Position numbers and translations under genes: made by a program. This document shows, piece after piece, positions 50,181-62,242 of a stretch of DNA of 64,000 bases (the stretch's first letter is position 1; each line of letters opens with the position of its first letter). The stretch spans positions 178,191-242,190 of the forward strand of contig CAWAVE010000008.1 of assembly GCA_963785435.1 (NCBI GenBank), read 5' to 3'. A model generated the notes under the pieces. That model was not told the DNA's origin and ran no database searches. It worked only from the letters and a program-made list of their open reading frames with translations. This DNA is from an uncultured Solirubrobacterales bacterium (GTDB lineage: Bacteria; Actinomycetota; Thermoleophilia; Solirubrobacterales; Solirubrobacteraceae).

Positions 50181-51116
50181 TTGAAGGGCATGAGCGATCC
50201 CGGTCCCACGCCCGAGGAGATTCGAGTTCCTGTGCTCAAGAACCTCGACCGTGCCGTCACAGCCTTGATCACGGCGCTGCCGCCCTTGCTGCTCGTGCTT
50301 GCCGCAGCGCAGCTTTGGGGTAGCGCCCTGCACTGGCGCGATCTGCTGATCTTCGTGGTGCTCTACGTGCCGATCGGCCTCGGCGTCACGGTTGGCTTTC
50401 ATCGTCTGCTCACGCACCGCGCCTTCAAGACCTCGCCCTGGATGCGAGGGCTCTTGGCGGTGCTCGGCACGATGTCCGTCGAGGGTCCCGTGATCTCCTG
50501 GGTGGCCGACCATCGCAAGCACCACGTCTACACCGACCGTCTCGGCGACCCGCACAGCCCGCACCTGGATCACGGCGGCGGCTGGCGCGGCGCGCTGCGC
50601 GGCCTGGCCCACGCGCACGTCGGCTGGCTGTTCGACCACTCCCAGCGTGGCGCGCGCGAACGCTTTGCGCCGGACCTGCTCGCAGACCGCGTCGTGAGCT
50701 TCGTGGACCGTACCTTCCTGCTCTGGTCGCTCGTGGGCCTTGCGCTGCCCTTCGCGCTCGGCCTGCTGATCGGTGGCACGCTCGGCGCGGCTCTCGAGGC
50801 GATGCTGTGGGGTGGTGCCGTGCGCATCTTCGTGCTGCACCACGTCACCTACTCGATCAACTCGCTCTGCCACTTCTTCGGGCGTCGGCGCTTTGTGACC
50901 GATGATCAGTCGCGCAACCTGCTCTGGCTCGCGCCGCTCTCCTTTGGGGAGGCATGGCACAACAATCATCATGCCTTTCCCACCTCCGCCTACCACGGCA
51001 TGGGGCGTGGCGAGCTCGACCTCTCGGGTCTTGCGATCTCCGCGCTCGAGCGCCTCGGGCTCGTCTGGGACGTGCAGCGCATCCCCCCAGAGCGGCTGGT
51101 CGCAAAGGCGTTCTGA
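50181..51116 (+). CDS. acyl-CoA (stearoyl-CoA 9-) desaturase, membrane, 311 aa
   Basis: His boxes HRLLTH, HRKHH, HNNHH. Confidence 0.85.
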   Translation: MKGMSDPGPTPEEIRVPVLKNLDRAVTALITALPPLLLVLAAAQLWGSALHWRDLLIFVVLYVPIGLGVTVGFHRLLTHRAFKTSPWMRGLLAVLGTMSVEGPVISWVADHRKHHVYTDRLGDPHSPHLDHGGGWRGALRGLAHAHVGWLFDHSQRGARERFAPDLLADRVVSFVDRTFLLWSLVGLALPFALGLLIGGTLGAALEAMLWGGAVRIFVLHHVTYSINSLCHFFGRRRFVTDDQSRNLLWLAPLSFGEAWHNNHHAFPTSAYHGMGRGELDLSGLAISALERLGLVWDVQRIPPERLVAKAF

Positions 51117-51140
51117 GCGCTGCGCACTCGCGCCACGCTC

Positions 51141-52268
51141 ATGCGTGCGAGGATTGCCGCGATGGACCAGCGCGCGCGGCTCCCGCTCGAGATGAGGATC
51201 GCGCCGGGTGTCGAGCACCGGCGCTGGATGCCCGCACTCGCCGCCGGGCTCTCGATCGGCGAATACGCCCGCTCGCTGCTGCGCCGTCTTGCGTTCCTCA
51301 CCGCGGTCCTGCTCGGCGCGATCTGGGCGCTCGACGGGCAGGGCTATCTGTGGCCCGCCTGGGCCTGGCTAGGGCTCGGCGATCTCGTGCTGCTCGACCT
51401 CAGCGCCGGCTGGGTCTGGCGGCGCCCGCCCGGACCGGAGCGCCGCGTCGCCTGCGTCTGGGCGCTCGTGGGCGCGGCGGCAGTGATCCTCATCTTCACC
51501 TGGCTGCTCACCTGGCTGCTCGCCGGCGTGCACGAGTTCTGGCCCGCCTGGGCGCTGCTCGGCCTCGCCACGGCCGGCAGCGGCTACTCGCTGATCGCGC
51601 TACAGGACCGCGTGCTCGTGGCGCGCGGGCGCCGCGCGCTGCGCGCGCGCATCGATCTGCTGACGCGTACGCGCCGCCAGGCCGTTGACGCACAGGCCGC
51701 CGAGCTGAGGCGCATCGAGCGCGACCTGCACGACGGCGCGCAGGCGCGTCTCGTCGCGCTCACCCTGCAGCTTGGGCGCGCCGAGCTGCGCGCCGTCGAG
51801 CAGCCCGCGCTGCAAGGCTTGATCCAGGACGCCAAGCGCGAGGCGGGCCTGGCGATCGCTGAGCTGCGCGACCTCGCGCGCGGGATCGTGCCGCCGCTGT
51901 TGGCCGACCGTGGGCTCGCCGCCGCCGTCGAGTCGCTCGCCGCCCGCTATGGCCTCGGCACCACGGTGCAGGCCGACACGCACCGCAGCTGCGGGCCCGC
52001 GATCGAAAGCGCCGCCTACTTCGTCGTCGCGGAGGCGCTCACGAACACCGCCAAGCACGCCCACGCATCGCACAGCTGGGTCGCGATGTGCAACGAGCAG
52101 CGTGCGCTCGTGGTGCGCGTCGGTGACGACGGGCGCGGCGGCGCTGACGCTGAGGGAGCGGGTCTCGCCGGCCTACGTGCGCGCGTGGAGGCGCTCGACG
52201 GCAGCATGAGCGTGCAGAGCGCGCCCGGCGAGGGCACCGTCGTCGAGGTGCGCCTGCCATGCGGGTAG
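51141..52268 (+). CDS. sensor histidine kinase (HisKA_3 / NarL-partner type)
   Basis: RDLHDGAQ H-box, N/G boxes, N-terminal TM segments. Confidence 0.8.
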   Translation: MRARIAAMDQRARLPLEMRIAPGVEHRRWMPALAAGLSIGEYARSLLRRLAFLTAVLLGAIWALDGQGYLWPAWAWLGLGDLVLLDLSAGWVWRRPPGPERRVACVWALVGAAAVILIFTWLLTWLLAGVHEFWPAWALLGLATAGSGYSLIALQDRVLVARGRRALRARIDLLTRTRRQAVDAQAAELRRIERDLHDGAQARLVALTLQLGRAELRAVEQPALQGLIQDAKREAGLAIAELRDLARGIVPPLLADRGLAAAVESLAARYGLGTTVQADTHRSCGPAIESAAYFVVAEALTNTAKHAHASHSWVAMCNEQRALVVRVGDDGRGGADAEGAGLAGLRARVEALDGSMSVQSAPGEGTVVEVRLPCG

Positions 52269-52912
52269 TGATCGCCGAGGATCTTGCGCTGCTGCGCGAG
52301 GGACTCGTGGCGCTGCTGCGTGAGAACGACATCGAGGTGGTCGCGCAGGTGCAGGATGGTCCCGGTCTGCTGCGCGCGATCGCCGGGCACAAGCCGGACC
52401 TCGCGATCGTCGACGTACGCCTGCCGCCGAGCTACAGCGACGAGGGTCTGCTCGCCGCGATCGAGGCGCGCCGGCGCCAGCCCGCCTTGGGTGTGCTCGT
52501 GCTCTCTCAGTACGTGGAGACCGCCTATGCGAGCGAGCTGATCGGCGATGACACCGCCGGCATCGGCTACCTGCTGAAGGAGCGCGTCGGTGACGTCGCG
52601 GCCTTTCTCGACGTGCTGCATCGCGTGGCCGACGGCGGCACCGTGCTCGATCGCCAGGTCGTAAGCGAGCTGATGGCGCCGCACTCCGAGCGCACGCAGG
52701 CGCTCTCCGCGCTCACTGCGCGCGAGCGCGAGGTGCTCGCGCTGATGGCCGAGGGTCGCTCAAACGCCGCGATCGCAGAGAGCCTCGTCGTCACCGCGGG
52801 CGCCGTCGAGAAGCACATCACGAACATCTTCGCCAAGCTCGAGCTGCCCACCTGCGAGGACGACCACCGCCGCGTGCTCGCCGTGCTCGCCTATCTGCGC
52901 GTCAGCTCCTAG
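52259..52912 (+). CDS. response regulator, NarL/FixJ family (LuxR-type HTH)
   Basis: Receiver Asp (IVDVRLP), C-terminal LTAREREVLALMAEGRSNAAIA. Confidence 0.85.
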   Translation: MRVVIAEDLALLREGLVALLRENDIEVVAQVQDGPGLLRAIAGHKPDLAIVDVRLPPSYSDEGLLAAIEARRRQPALGVLVLSQYVETAYASELIGDDTAGIGYLLKERVGDVAAFLDVLHRVADGGTVLDRQVVSELMAPHSERTQALSALTAREREVLALMAEGRSNAAIAESLVVTAGAVEKHITNIFAKLELPTCEDDHRRVLAVLAYLRVSS

Positions 52913-52963
52913 CCCGAGCCTCAGGTCTCGAACTGATAGAAACTCGCGGATGGGTGCCGCACG

Positions 52964-53452
52964 ATGACGGGCGATCTGCTCGAACGGATACACGCGGAGA
53001 TCGATGCGCGGCGCGCAGCGCTCGAGCCGCGCGTTGAGGAGTACCGCCAGCTGCTGAGCGCCGCAGACGCGCTCGGCCTGCCGATCGCATCGGCGCCGCA
53101 CGCGGGCAAAGCCCGCGCCCGTACCGCGAAGCCGCGCGCGGCCAAAACGCGAGGCAAAGTGCCCACGGCGCCCAAACCACGGTCCACGGCGCCCGCATCA
53201 CGCCACGCGGCTAAAGCCGCAGCAGACGCGCCCTCCGCGCCGCCCGCCCGTGCGCCGCGCGGCGCTGCTCAGGCCGCGATCCTTGCTGCGCTTGAGCACG
53301 GCTCACACACCGTTTCTGAGCTTGGCGTGGTCACCGCGCTGAGCGCTCAGATCATCCGTGAGAACCTCAGGCGCTTGCTCGGTACGGGCGCGATCACGCG
53401 CGCCAAGCGCGAAGGCAAGCCGGCCTACGCGCTCGCCACGCCGCCGAGCTGA
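52964..53452 (+). CDS. hypothetical protein, C-terminal winged-helix-like
   Basis: ORF track; Ala/Pro/Lys-rich linker. Confidence 0.45.
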   Translation: MTGDLLERIHAEIDARRAALEPRVEEYRQLLSAADALGLPIASAPHAGKARARTAKPRAAKTRGKVPTAPKPRSTAPASRHAAKAAADAPSAPPARAPRGAAQAAILAALEHGSHTVSELGVVTALSAQIIRENLRRLLGTGAITRAKREGKPAYALATPPS

Positions 53453-53493
53453 GCGCGGCGCTCGCCACGCCGCCAAGCTAAGCGTGCGGGAGC

Positions 53494-54906
53494 TCAGACG
53501 CCGGCGGGCGTCACGGCTTGCTTTCTCGCACGCGCCACACGCGCGGCCTCCTGTGGGCCGATGAAGGGCGTGAGCGCCATGTAGGTGAGCTGCGGCGCCG
53601 CCTCGGGGAGCCGATCGACGCAGCCGCTCTCGATGTAGTGGTGAAAGACCTGCCAGATGCCGCCCGCGATCGCCTCCGCGGTGATCTCTGGAACCGACGC
53701 GGGATCCGCGGCGAGCTCGAGGCCGGGGCGCAGATAGGCGGCGAAGGCGTGCATCGAGGTGGTGCGAATCTCGATCGCCTCGGGGCTCGCCGCGAAGGTG
53801 TCGACGAGGTTCAGATGCGCGTGCGCGGGCTCGGACGCGAGGTAGTCGATCAGCGCGTGCAGTCCCGCCGCGACCGCACTTGGCCAATCCTGATGCGCGT
53901 TGTATGCCGTCACAGCGACCTGCAGCGCCTGGTGCATGCCGACCTTCTGCGCGCCGAGGAAGGCCTCGTGCTTGGAGGGGTAGATGCTGTAGAAGGTCTG
54001 GTTTGAGACGTTCGCGCGGCGCGCGATCTCGGGGATCGTTAGGCCCGCGAGGCCCTTCTCGGCGACGATCGCGGCGGTCGCGTCCACGATCCGCTCGCGT
54101 TGGCTTTTGACGATGAACTGGCGCGGCAGGTCGCTGCGGCCACTCGGCAGGCGCCCCTCCGCGCGGCGCGCGCGCTCGGAGGTCTTCTCGACGCACGGCT
54201 TGCGCCGTGTGATCTCGGGCGCGCCGAGCCCGTTGGGGACCCTGCGTGGGTAGCAGCTCGCCCAGTCGGCCAGTTCATCGACGACGCTTGGCAGCTTCTG
54301 CGCCTGGCCTGTGCGCAGGCGCTCGGCGCTGACCTCGCGGATGCCGCCGAGGATCGCCTTGATCGTCAGATCGGCTTTGCCGCGCGCGGTTGTGCGATCA
54401 CGCGTGTTGAGGATGCTTTGCTCGAGCGCATCGAGCGTTCTGCGCCTGCGCTCGAGCGCTTTGGCGCCCGCACCGAAGGCGCCCAGCACGAGCATCGACA
54501 TCGACTCGGGCTCCGCCGCGGCGAGCTCCGCGAAGGCGTGCAGCGCTGCGCGCATGCGTGCCTCGCGCGAGCCTTCGGGCTCGTAGCTGCGCATCACCGC
54601 CATCGCGGTGCGCTGCGCGATCCCGTCGTAGGCGCTGAGGAACAGCTCTTCCTTGTCGCTGTAGAGGCTGTAGAAGGTTGGCTGCGAGACGTGCGCGAGT
54701 TTCGCGAGGTCCACGATGCGCACCGACGGATAGCCCTTGCGCGCCACCAGCTCGATCATCGCGCTCTGCAGGCGCTGACGCTGGTCAATCTTCACCAGTT
54801 CCGGGTCGAGACCGTGCGTGCCCGTCGGCAGCGGGCGGTAGCGCTCGGCCGGCTCGCCGGGACTCGCCTCCGCGAGCGGCTCGCTTGCAACATCGCCAGC
54901 CGCCAT
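53494..54906 (-). CDS. TetR/AcrR-family regulator with duplicated TetR modules (470 aa)
   Basis: Two HTH copies: VRIVDLAKLAHVSQPTFYSLY and LTIPEIARRANVSNQTFYSIY. Confidence 0.8.
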   Translation of the reverse strand: MAAGDVASEPLAEASPGEPAERYRPLPTGTHGLDPELVKIDQRQRLQSAMIELVARKGYPSVRIVDLAKLAHVSQPTFYSLYSDKEELFLSAYDGIAQRTAMAVMRSYEPEGSREARMRAALHAFAELAAAEPESMSMLVLGAFGAGAKALERRRRTLDALEQSILNTRDRTTARGKADLTIKAILGGIREVSAERLRTGQAQKLPSVVDELADWASCYPRRVPNGLGAPEITRRKPCVEKTSERARRAEGRLPSGRSDLPRQFIVKSQRERIVDATAAIVAEKGLAGLTIPEIARRANVSNQTFYSIYPSKHEAFLGAQKVGMHQALQVAVTAYNAHQDWPSAVAAGLHALIDYLASEPAHAHLNLVDTFAASPEAIEIRTTSMHAFAAYLRPGLELAADPASVPEITAEAIAGGIWQVFHHYIESGCVDRLPEAAPQLTYMALTPFIGPQEAARVARARKQAVTPAGV

Positions 54907-54990
54907 GTCCAGTCAACCTCCCCTTGACAACAACCGAGTCGAGATTATCAAACGGTGTCTACTGACAGACCTCTGAGAGCAGTTCGTGCG

Positions 54991-56910
54991 TCAACCATTG
55001 ACGACCTTCGAGGTGCCGATCACCGCGCCGCTCGCGTCGAGCGCCTGTGCTGCCACGTAGGCCACGCGCGTGGGCGCCGTGAGCCCTGTCTCAAAGCCGC
55101 TGCGCGGAGCGCTCGCGAGCGGCGTGAGCTGGCTCGCGCTCGGCCCGCCCAGTAGGCGCCAGCTGGCGGTGCGCGTGTCGCCGTTCCAGCTCACGTAGAC
55201 GCTCGTCGGAGCGCCCGCCGCGGAGCTCCTCGCAGACACGATCGTCGGCGCCTGCGCAGGCGTGCCCACCCAGTCGAAGCGATAGCCGCGATAGGACTGA
55301 TAGCTACCGTGCATGTGCGCGTCGAACAGCAGCTTGCCCGCGGAGCTGAACTCCGAGAAGTAGGGCGCCGAGCCCCAGCTGATGAGCGCATCGCCGTTTG
55401 CGAGCGTCTGAAAGGCGCCCTGGCTAGCGGAGGAGATCGGGCCCGGGTGCTCGTATTGCGCGAGCACCGCATCCGTTTTGTGCGTCGCGTCGAGCGCGAT
55501 CACGATGCCGCGCGACTGCGGATGGACCTTCGGCACCGCGCCGTTATCGAAAATGCTAATCGTCCCGTTTGCCATCTCGCTCGCGTCGTGCTGGTAGGCC
55601 GTCGAGGCACCCGCGCCGAGCTTGTAGTCCGAGTGCCTGCCGCCGATCCGCGCGAGCACCTGCCCGGTGGTCGTGTCCAGTTCATAGAGCGCTGAGGTGT
55701 TGCGCGCCGAGATCAGCGTGCGCCCGTTCGCCAGCTGCTGAAAGGAGTTGAGGTGGAAGTAGTCGTAGGGCCACGCCTCGCTCGAGTGCGTGGCGGTGCT
55801 GTAGGAGTCCGCGAGGCGCACGTGGTCGAGGCTGTGCCACTCGCGCCGCACGAGCCCCGTCGCCAGATCGATTTCCTGCATGATCGTGTCCGTCACCGCC
55901 GCTCCCGCCGGGCCGCCGAGCGCCGAGAGGTTGCAGTCGATCGGGTTGAAGACCGTCAGCAGCGCCGTGCCCTGCGGCGTGATGTGGAAGTCGTGCAGGT
56001 CCGCCTTCAGACCGTTGCCTGCGTGCACGCGGCCCACCTGACGGTAGGAGCTGTCATAGATCATCTCTTCGCCCTGGCCGAAGCCCTGTGTGGTGATCCG
56101 CCCCTGCCACCAGGTCAGCAGCGGCGTGTGGCCCTCGAGCTGGACTTGCAGGTTGGCCGACGCGCCATTGCGCAGCGGGTCGAACCACACGAGGTTGCCC
56201 GCTTCGTCGAAGATCATTGGGCCTGCGGGGCCGGGGCCTGAGTAGGGCGCCGCAAAGATGTAGCCCGGTGCGCTCTGCGGCGAGGTGGCGCTCACGACAA
56301 GCGAGGGCGCCTGCAGCTCGGGGCGCGAGCGGAAGTGCATCACCTGGCTTTCGCCGCCCGACACGTGCGCGATCGCTGCGTAGAGGTGTTCGTCCTCGCG
56401 CGCCACCACGAAGTTGTAAGCGAAGCGCTGTGTGCGCGTGCCCACGCGCAGATGTCCGCGCACGCTCACGCTCTCGCCCGCGAGGAATGGGTGCGAGGGC
56501 ACGAAGCTCGCGCCGTCGCCTTGTGAGTAGACGCGCAGCCGGCCGCTGTGCGCACCGCTTCTGGAGCCGTCCACGTGGATCTCCGAGAGCGCCTTCGCGG
56601 GCGCGCCGAGCATGCTGATCTGGGTGTACGGCGGCGCGTCGTAGGAGCCCGGCAGCGGCGACACCGCGAGGGTGCTGCCGCGCAGCAGCGCCGAGATGTT
56701 CAGCGCGCCCGCTTCACAGCGCCCCGCGCTCGGCGTCGTGAACGCGGCCTGCTCCGCGACGATCCGTCGCGAGGCGAGCGCGAGCGTGACCACGCTTGAA
56801 AGCAGCACGAGCACGCCGCCGCCGAGGAGACACCTACGCAGCTGCCAGTGCCTACGCAGTTGCCCGTGCCTACGCATCTGTCCATGCGCTGCGCGCCGCG
56901 CTGCGCTCAC
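54991..56910 (-). CDS. arylsulfotransferase (ASST)-family beta-propeller protein, secreted, paralogue 1
   Basis: Signal peptide; family-typical repeated blades; 4-nt coupled to paralogue 2. Confidence 0.65.
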   Translation of the reverse strand: MSAARRAAHGQMRRHGQLRRHWQLRRCLLGGGVLVLLSSVVTLALASRRIVAEQAAFTTPSAGRCEAGALNISALLRGSTLAVSPLPGSYDAPPYTQISMLGAPAKALSEIHVDGSRSGAHSGRLRVYSQGDGASFVPSHPFLAGESVSVRGHLRVGTRTQRFAYNFVVAREDEHLYAAIAHVSGGESQVMHFRSRPELQAPSLVVSATSPQSAPGYIFAAPYSGPGPAGPMIFDEAGNLVWFDPLRNGASANLQVQLEGHTPLLTWWQGRITTQGFGQGEEMIYDSSYRQVGRVHAGNGLKADLHDFHITPQGTALLTVFNPIDCNLSALGGPAGAAVTDTIMQEIDLATGLVRREWHSLDHVRLADSYSTATHSSEAWPYDYFHLNSFQQLANGRTLISARNTSALYELDTTTGQVLARIGGRHSDYKLGAGASTAYQHDASEMANGTISIFDNGAVPKVHPQSRGIVIALDATHKTDAVLAQYEHPGPISSASQGAFQTLANGDALISWGSAPYFSEFSSAGKLLFDAHMHGSYQSYRGYRFDWVGTPAQAPTIVSARSSAAGAPTSVYVSWNGDTRTASWRLLGGPSASQLTPLASAPRSGFETGLTAPTRVAYVAAQALDASGAVIGTSKVVNG

Positions 56911-58666
56911 CCGCCGCCCGGTGCGAGCGCCTTGGTGCTCGCGAGCTCTTTGCCCGCCGCGCTGAGCGCGCGCACCGCCACAACCGCTGTAGCCGGCGCG
57001 CTCAAGCTCGTCTCAAAGCCCGCGTTTGGCGCGCTCGCAAGCACGCTCAGGTGTGCCGCGCTCGCGCCACCGAGCAGCTGCCAGGTCGCCACCGTGGTGG
57101 CGCCGTTCCAGCTCGCATACGCCGTCGTCGTGCCCGCGCTCGTGCTCGCGCTGAGCGCCGGCGCTTCGCTCGGCTCGCCCGCCCAGGGCTCGCGGTACAC
57201 GCGGTAGCTGTTCTCGCCCGCGGGTAGCTGCGCGTCGAAGATCACCTGGCCGTGAGCATCGAATTCGGTGAGGTTGGGCAGCCCGCCCCAGCCCACCATG
57301 AAGCCGCCGTCTTCCAGCGCCTGTGTGTTGCCCTGGCTGTTCGTCGTGAGCGGACCGATCGTGCGCACGAGCTGGCCCGCGAGCGTCGCGGTCCTCGCCT
57401 TCGTGTCGAGCTTGATCAGCTCGCCGCGCGAGGGCGGAGCGATCGCCGGCGCGCCCTCGTCGTCGAACAGGCTGATCTCGCTCTTGCCCAGCCACATCGC
57501 GTTGTGCTGGTAGGCGAAGGGCACGCCCGCGCCGAGCTTGAAGCTGCTGCGCTTGCCGCCCAGACGCCACATGATCGCGCCGCTGCGCCCATTGACCAGA
57601 TAGATGCCCCACGTGTTGCGCGCCGAGATCAGCAGGTTGCCGCTGTGATCGCTCGTCAGCGAGTTGATGTGGAAGTAGTCGTAGGGCGCGCTCGCAAGCG
57701 CAGGCAGTTTCGAGTAGGACTCCGCCGGGTCCACGTGGCCGAGGCTGTGCCACTCCCACATCACGAGGCCCGTGTGGATGTCGATCTCCTGGATCACGCC
57801 ATCCACCGCCACGCCTGCCGCGGGGCCGCCCGCGGAGGTGAGGTTCGCTTGCACGGGGCTGTAGGCGAGCACGAACGCCGCGCCCTCGGACGTGAGGTTG
57901 AACTCGTGCTCGTCAGCCTGCAGCCCGTTGCCCGCGCGCACTACCGCAACCGTCTTGTAGTTCGCGTTCGCGATCACGCCCTCGCCGAGCCCGTAGCCGA
58001 GCTGGAGCGTGTGGCCCTGCCACCAGGTGAGCGCGTTCTTGCCGTGGAAGACCTGCGTGCGCAAGTCCGCCGCGTCTTCGCTGCCGCGCAGCGAGCGGAA
58101 CCACACGAGCCTGCCGGCGTTGTCGAAGATCATCGGCCCGTGCTGACCCGGTCCGAGGAACGGCGTCGCGAGCAGGTAGCCCGGCGCGCTCTCCGCGGAG
58201 GCGGCCTGATGCACGATCACCGTCGGCGGATGCAGTTCGGGCAGCGAATGAAAGCTCTGGATGTCCGCGGGCGTGCCCGCCGTGTTCGGGAACTCGCTGA
58301 GCGGCACCGTGACGGGGCTTGCGACCTTGAAGTGCGTCGCGAGGCGCACCGTGCGCTTGCCCACGCGCAGCGTCGCGTGCACGCTCACGTGCTCGTTTGC
58401 GAGGAACGGCTTCGAGGGCTGGAAGCTCGCGCCGAGCGCCGATGAGTACGAGCGCAGATGGCCGCTGTGGCGTCCGCTGCGCGAGCCCACCACCTGCACG
58501 TTGCCGAGCGCGGCCGCTGCCGCGCCGAGGAAGCTGATCTGCGTGCGTGGCATCGCCGTCGGCGTGCCCGGCAGCGGCGAGATCACAACCGCGCCCTGCG
58601 CGGCGGAGCTCAGCGCGAGGAGCGCCAGTGGCGCGGCGAGAACGGCGAAGCGGCTGCGGCGAGTCA
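56907..58666 (-). CDS. arylsulfotransferase (ASST)-family protein, secreted, paralogue 2
   Basis: TTG start with GGAGG RBS gives signal peptide MTRRSRFAVLAAPLALLALSSAAQG; strongly similar to paralogue 1. Confidence 0.65.
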
Positions 58667-58695
58667 AGGGACCTCCAGGGTTGCGTGGGTTGAGA

Positions 58696-60366
<1,671 letters not shown>

Positions 60367-60420
60367 CGCCTCCCATCTTAAGCTAGTCAGACGCCGCGAG
60401 GAGCAGGAGACAACCCGTAG

Positions 60421-60600
60421 ATGCGCACCAGCATGCAAAAGGAGCTCAGTCGCATCGTCGGCTCCGAGCACGTGCTCGAGGCGCCCGCGGGCTCGCCCTA
60501 CAACCACGACGCTGCGCGGCGACGTGGCGTCGACGGCCCCGCCGAGGCGGTCGTGCTGCCGGTGAGCGCCGCAGAGGTCGCGGCGCTCGTGCGCCGCGCT
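60421..60600 (+). pseudogene. N-terminal ~60-codon fragment of a GlcD-like FAD oxidase (paralogous to 62243 gene)
   Basis: [50 protein letters not shown] vs [50 protein letters not shown]; homology ends ~60600. Confidence 0.5.
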
Positions 60601-62165
60601 CATCGGTGCCGTTCGATGAGGGCGGCGCCGAGTGTGCTCAACGAGGCCAAAGTCGCAACGGTGCCGAGGTTGACCCACTCCGTGCCGGTGCCCCAGATGT
60701 TGTCGGGGAAACCGAGCAGCACAGCAAGCAGCACTGCCCAGACTCCGACGGCTGCCGTCTTCGCCCAGCGCCCGGTGAGCAGTCCGCAGAACGGTCCGGC
60801 CGCGAGCAGGCTGATGAGGACGACGTGGGGGAGCATTGCATCGGTGGCTGCGACAACTGCACTGAGGGCGAGAGCGAACCACCAAACTTGACTGACGGAC
60901 ATCCCCCTCAGCAGAGATTGATCGCGCGCGAGGAGGACCGACCCGCGACGTGCCGGCTGCGAAGCGCGTACCGCACGCTTGATCGCTCGCAGCGGCGCAG
61001 TCAGGCGCCAGCTCAGAGACGACTGCAGTTGGTCGAGGACCACGCCTTGTCGCTGGAGCCGATCCCCCAGCGTGGATAGCCCCACCTGTGTTTCGCTTTG
61101 TTGGACCGCGGCGGCCGTCAGTTCTGTGCGTGTGTGCTCGAGCTCGAGCTGGGCGCTCGCCAGCTGATCGCGAAACTGCTCTCGCTCTTGACCCAGCAGC
61201 GTCCTCAGCTCTGTCGCCTCCGCGCGGGCCTGGACCACGGCGTCGGTGAGTTCGCGTTGCTCATTCTGCAGCACGGTGGTCGTCTGCTGGGCCTCGGCAA
61301 AGGCGCAGCGCAGGTCATTGGCAGTGTGGCGCTCCCACCACAACTCCGGAGCGATGCGCCCGAGCGCCTCGGGTAGCTGCGCGTCACGCCCGCCGCCGGC
61401 ACGACGTGCATCCTCTGCGGCTCGCAGGGCAAGGAACAGGGTGCGTGCTGCTGGTGAGATGCCCCAGCTGGCGGCCAGTTCGCGTGGGGACGTCGCGTGG
61501 TGGCGCAGCGCCTGCGTAATCTCATCGGCTAGCCGCTGTGGCAGGCGGCCCCGCTCGGGAAGCTGGAGGTCGAGCAACGACGCCATTCTGGCAAGCTGCG
61601 CTTGAGCATCCTCAAAGAAGTCTTCATAGAAGACAAGCGTGCGCGTGCAGCCCTGCGTCTCCTTCAGTGCGCGGGCGGTGTACTCCAGCCAAAGCTCGCC
61701 CCACGCGCCGACCGACAGCTCGGGCTCGGGGCGACGCTGGATCGATGAGATTGCGTCAGCGGGGTTGCGCAGACAGATGACGTATCTGGCGTTTGGCACC
61801 AGCTCCTTCCAAAAGGGCAGCGTGAGCGTTGTGCGTGGGTCCTTCCAGCCCCACAGCTGGATGCCTGCAAAGGTCTGCTGCAGCAGACCGCGTGCTCGCG
61901 CGCGCAGCTCATCAAAGTCTGACGATCGCTGCCAGCCTGGCTCGGCTGGCAGCGATTGCCACCACACGGAGCCAAGCTTGGCCAGGATCTCGTCGTTGAG
62001 CTCGACCATCCACTGCTGCTCCCAGTATCCGCGTGCGTTATCCGCTTCCCCCGGCCCCAGGAGGTCCTCCTCTGGTCCGATCTGCACGCCGAGGAGGTTG
62101 AGCAGGCGCATCGTCAAAGAGGTCCCGCTGCGTCCGAAGCCGAGGACGCAGACAGGGCCGGTCAA
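60600..62165 (-). CDS. sulfotransferase-domain protein with coiled coil and C-terminal TM segments (521 aa)
   Basis: N-terminal P-loop-like GFGRSGTSL (5'-PSB motif), central coiled coil, hydrophobic C-terminus. Confidence 0.6.
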   Translation of the reverse strand: MTGPVCVLGFGRSGTSLTMRLLNLLGVQIGPEEDLLGPGEADNARGYWEQQWMVELNDEILAKLGSVWWQSLPAEPGWQRSSDFDELRARARGLLQQTFAGIQLWGWKDPRTTLTLPFWKELVPNARYVICLRNPADAISSIQRRPEPELSVGAWGELWLEYTARALKETQGCTRTLVFYEDFFEDAQAQLARMASLLDLQLPERGRLPQRLADEITQALRHHATSPRELAASWGISPAARTLFLALRAAEDARRAGGGRDAQLPEALGRIAPELWWERHTANDLRCAFAEAQQTTTVLQNEQRELTDAVVQARAEATELRTLLGQEREQFRDQLASAQLELEHTRTELTAAAVQQSETQVGLSTLGDRLQRQGVVLDQLQSSLSWRLTAPLRAIKRAVRASQPARRGSVLLARDQSLLRGMSVSQVWWFALALSAVVAATDAMLPHVVLISLLAAGPFCGLLTGRWAKTAAVGVWAVLLAVLLGFPDNIWGTGTEWVNLGTVATLASLSTLGAALIERHR

Positions 62166-62242
62166 GTTGTCATTGACAGCGCTTATGCTGACACTCTAAA
62201 CCGACCGGTCGATTGAACGGTTGACATGACGCTACGCTCGCC

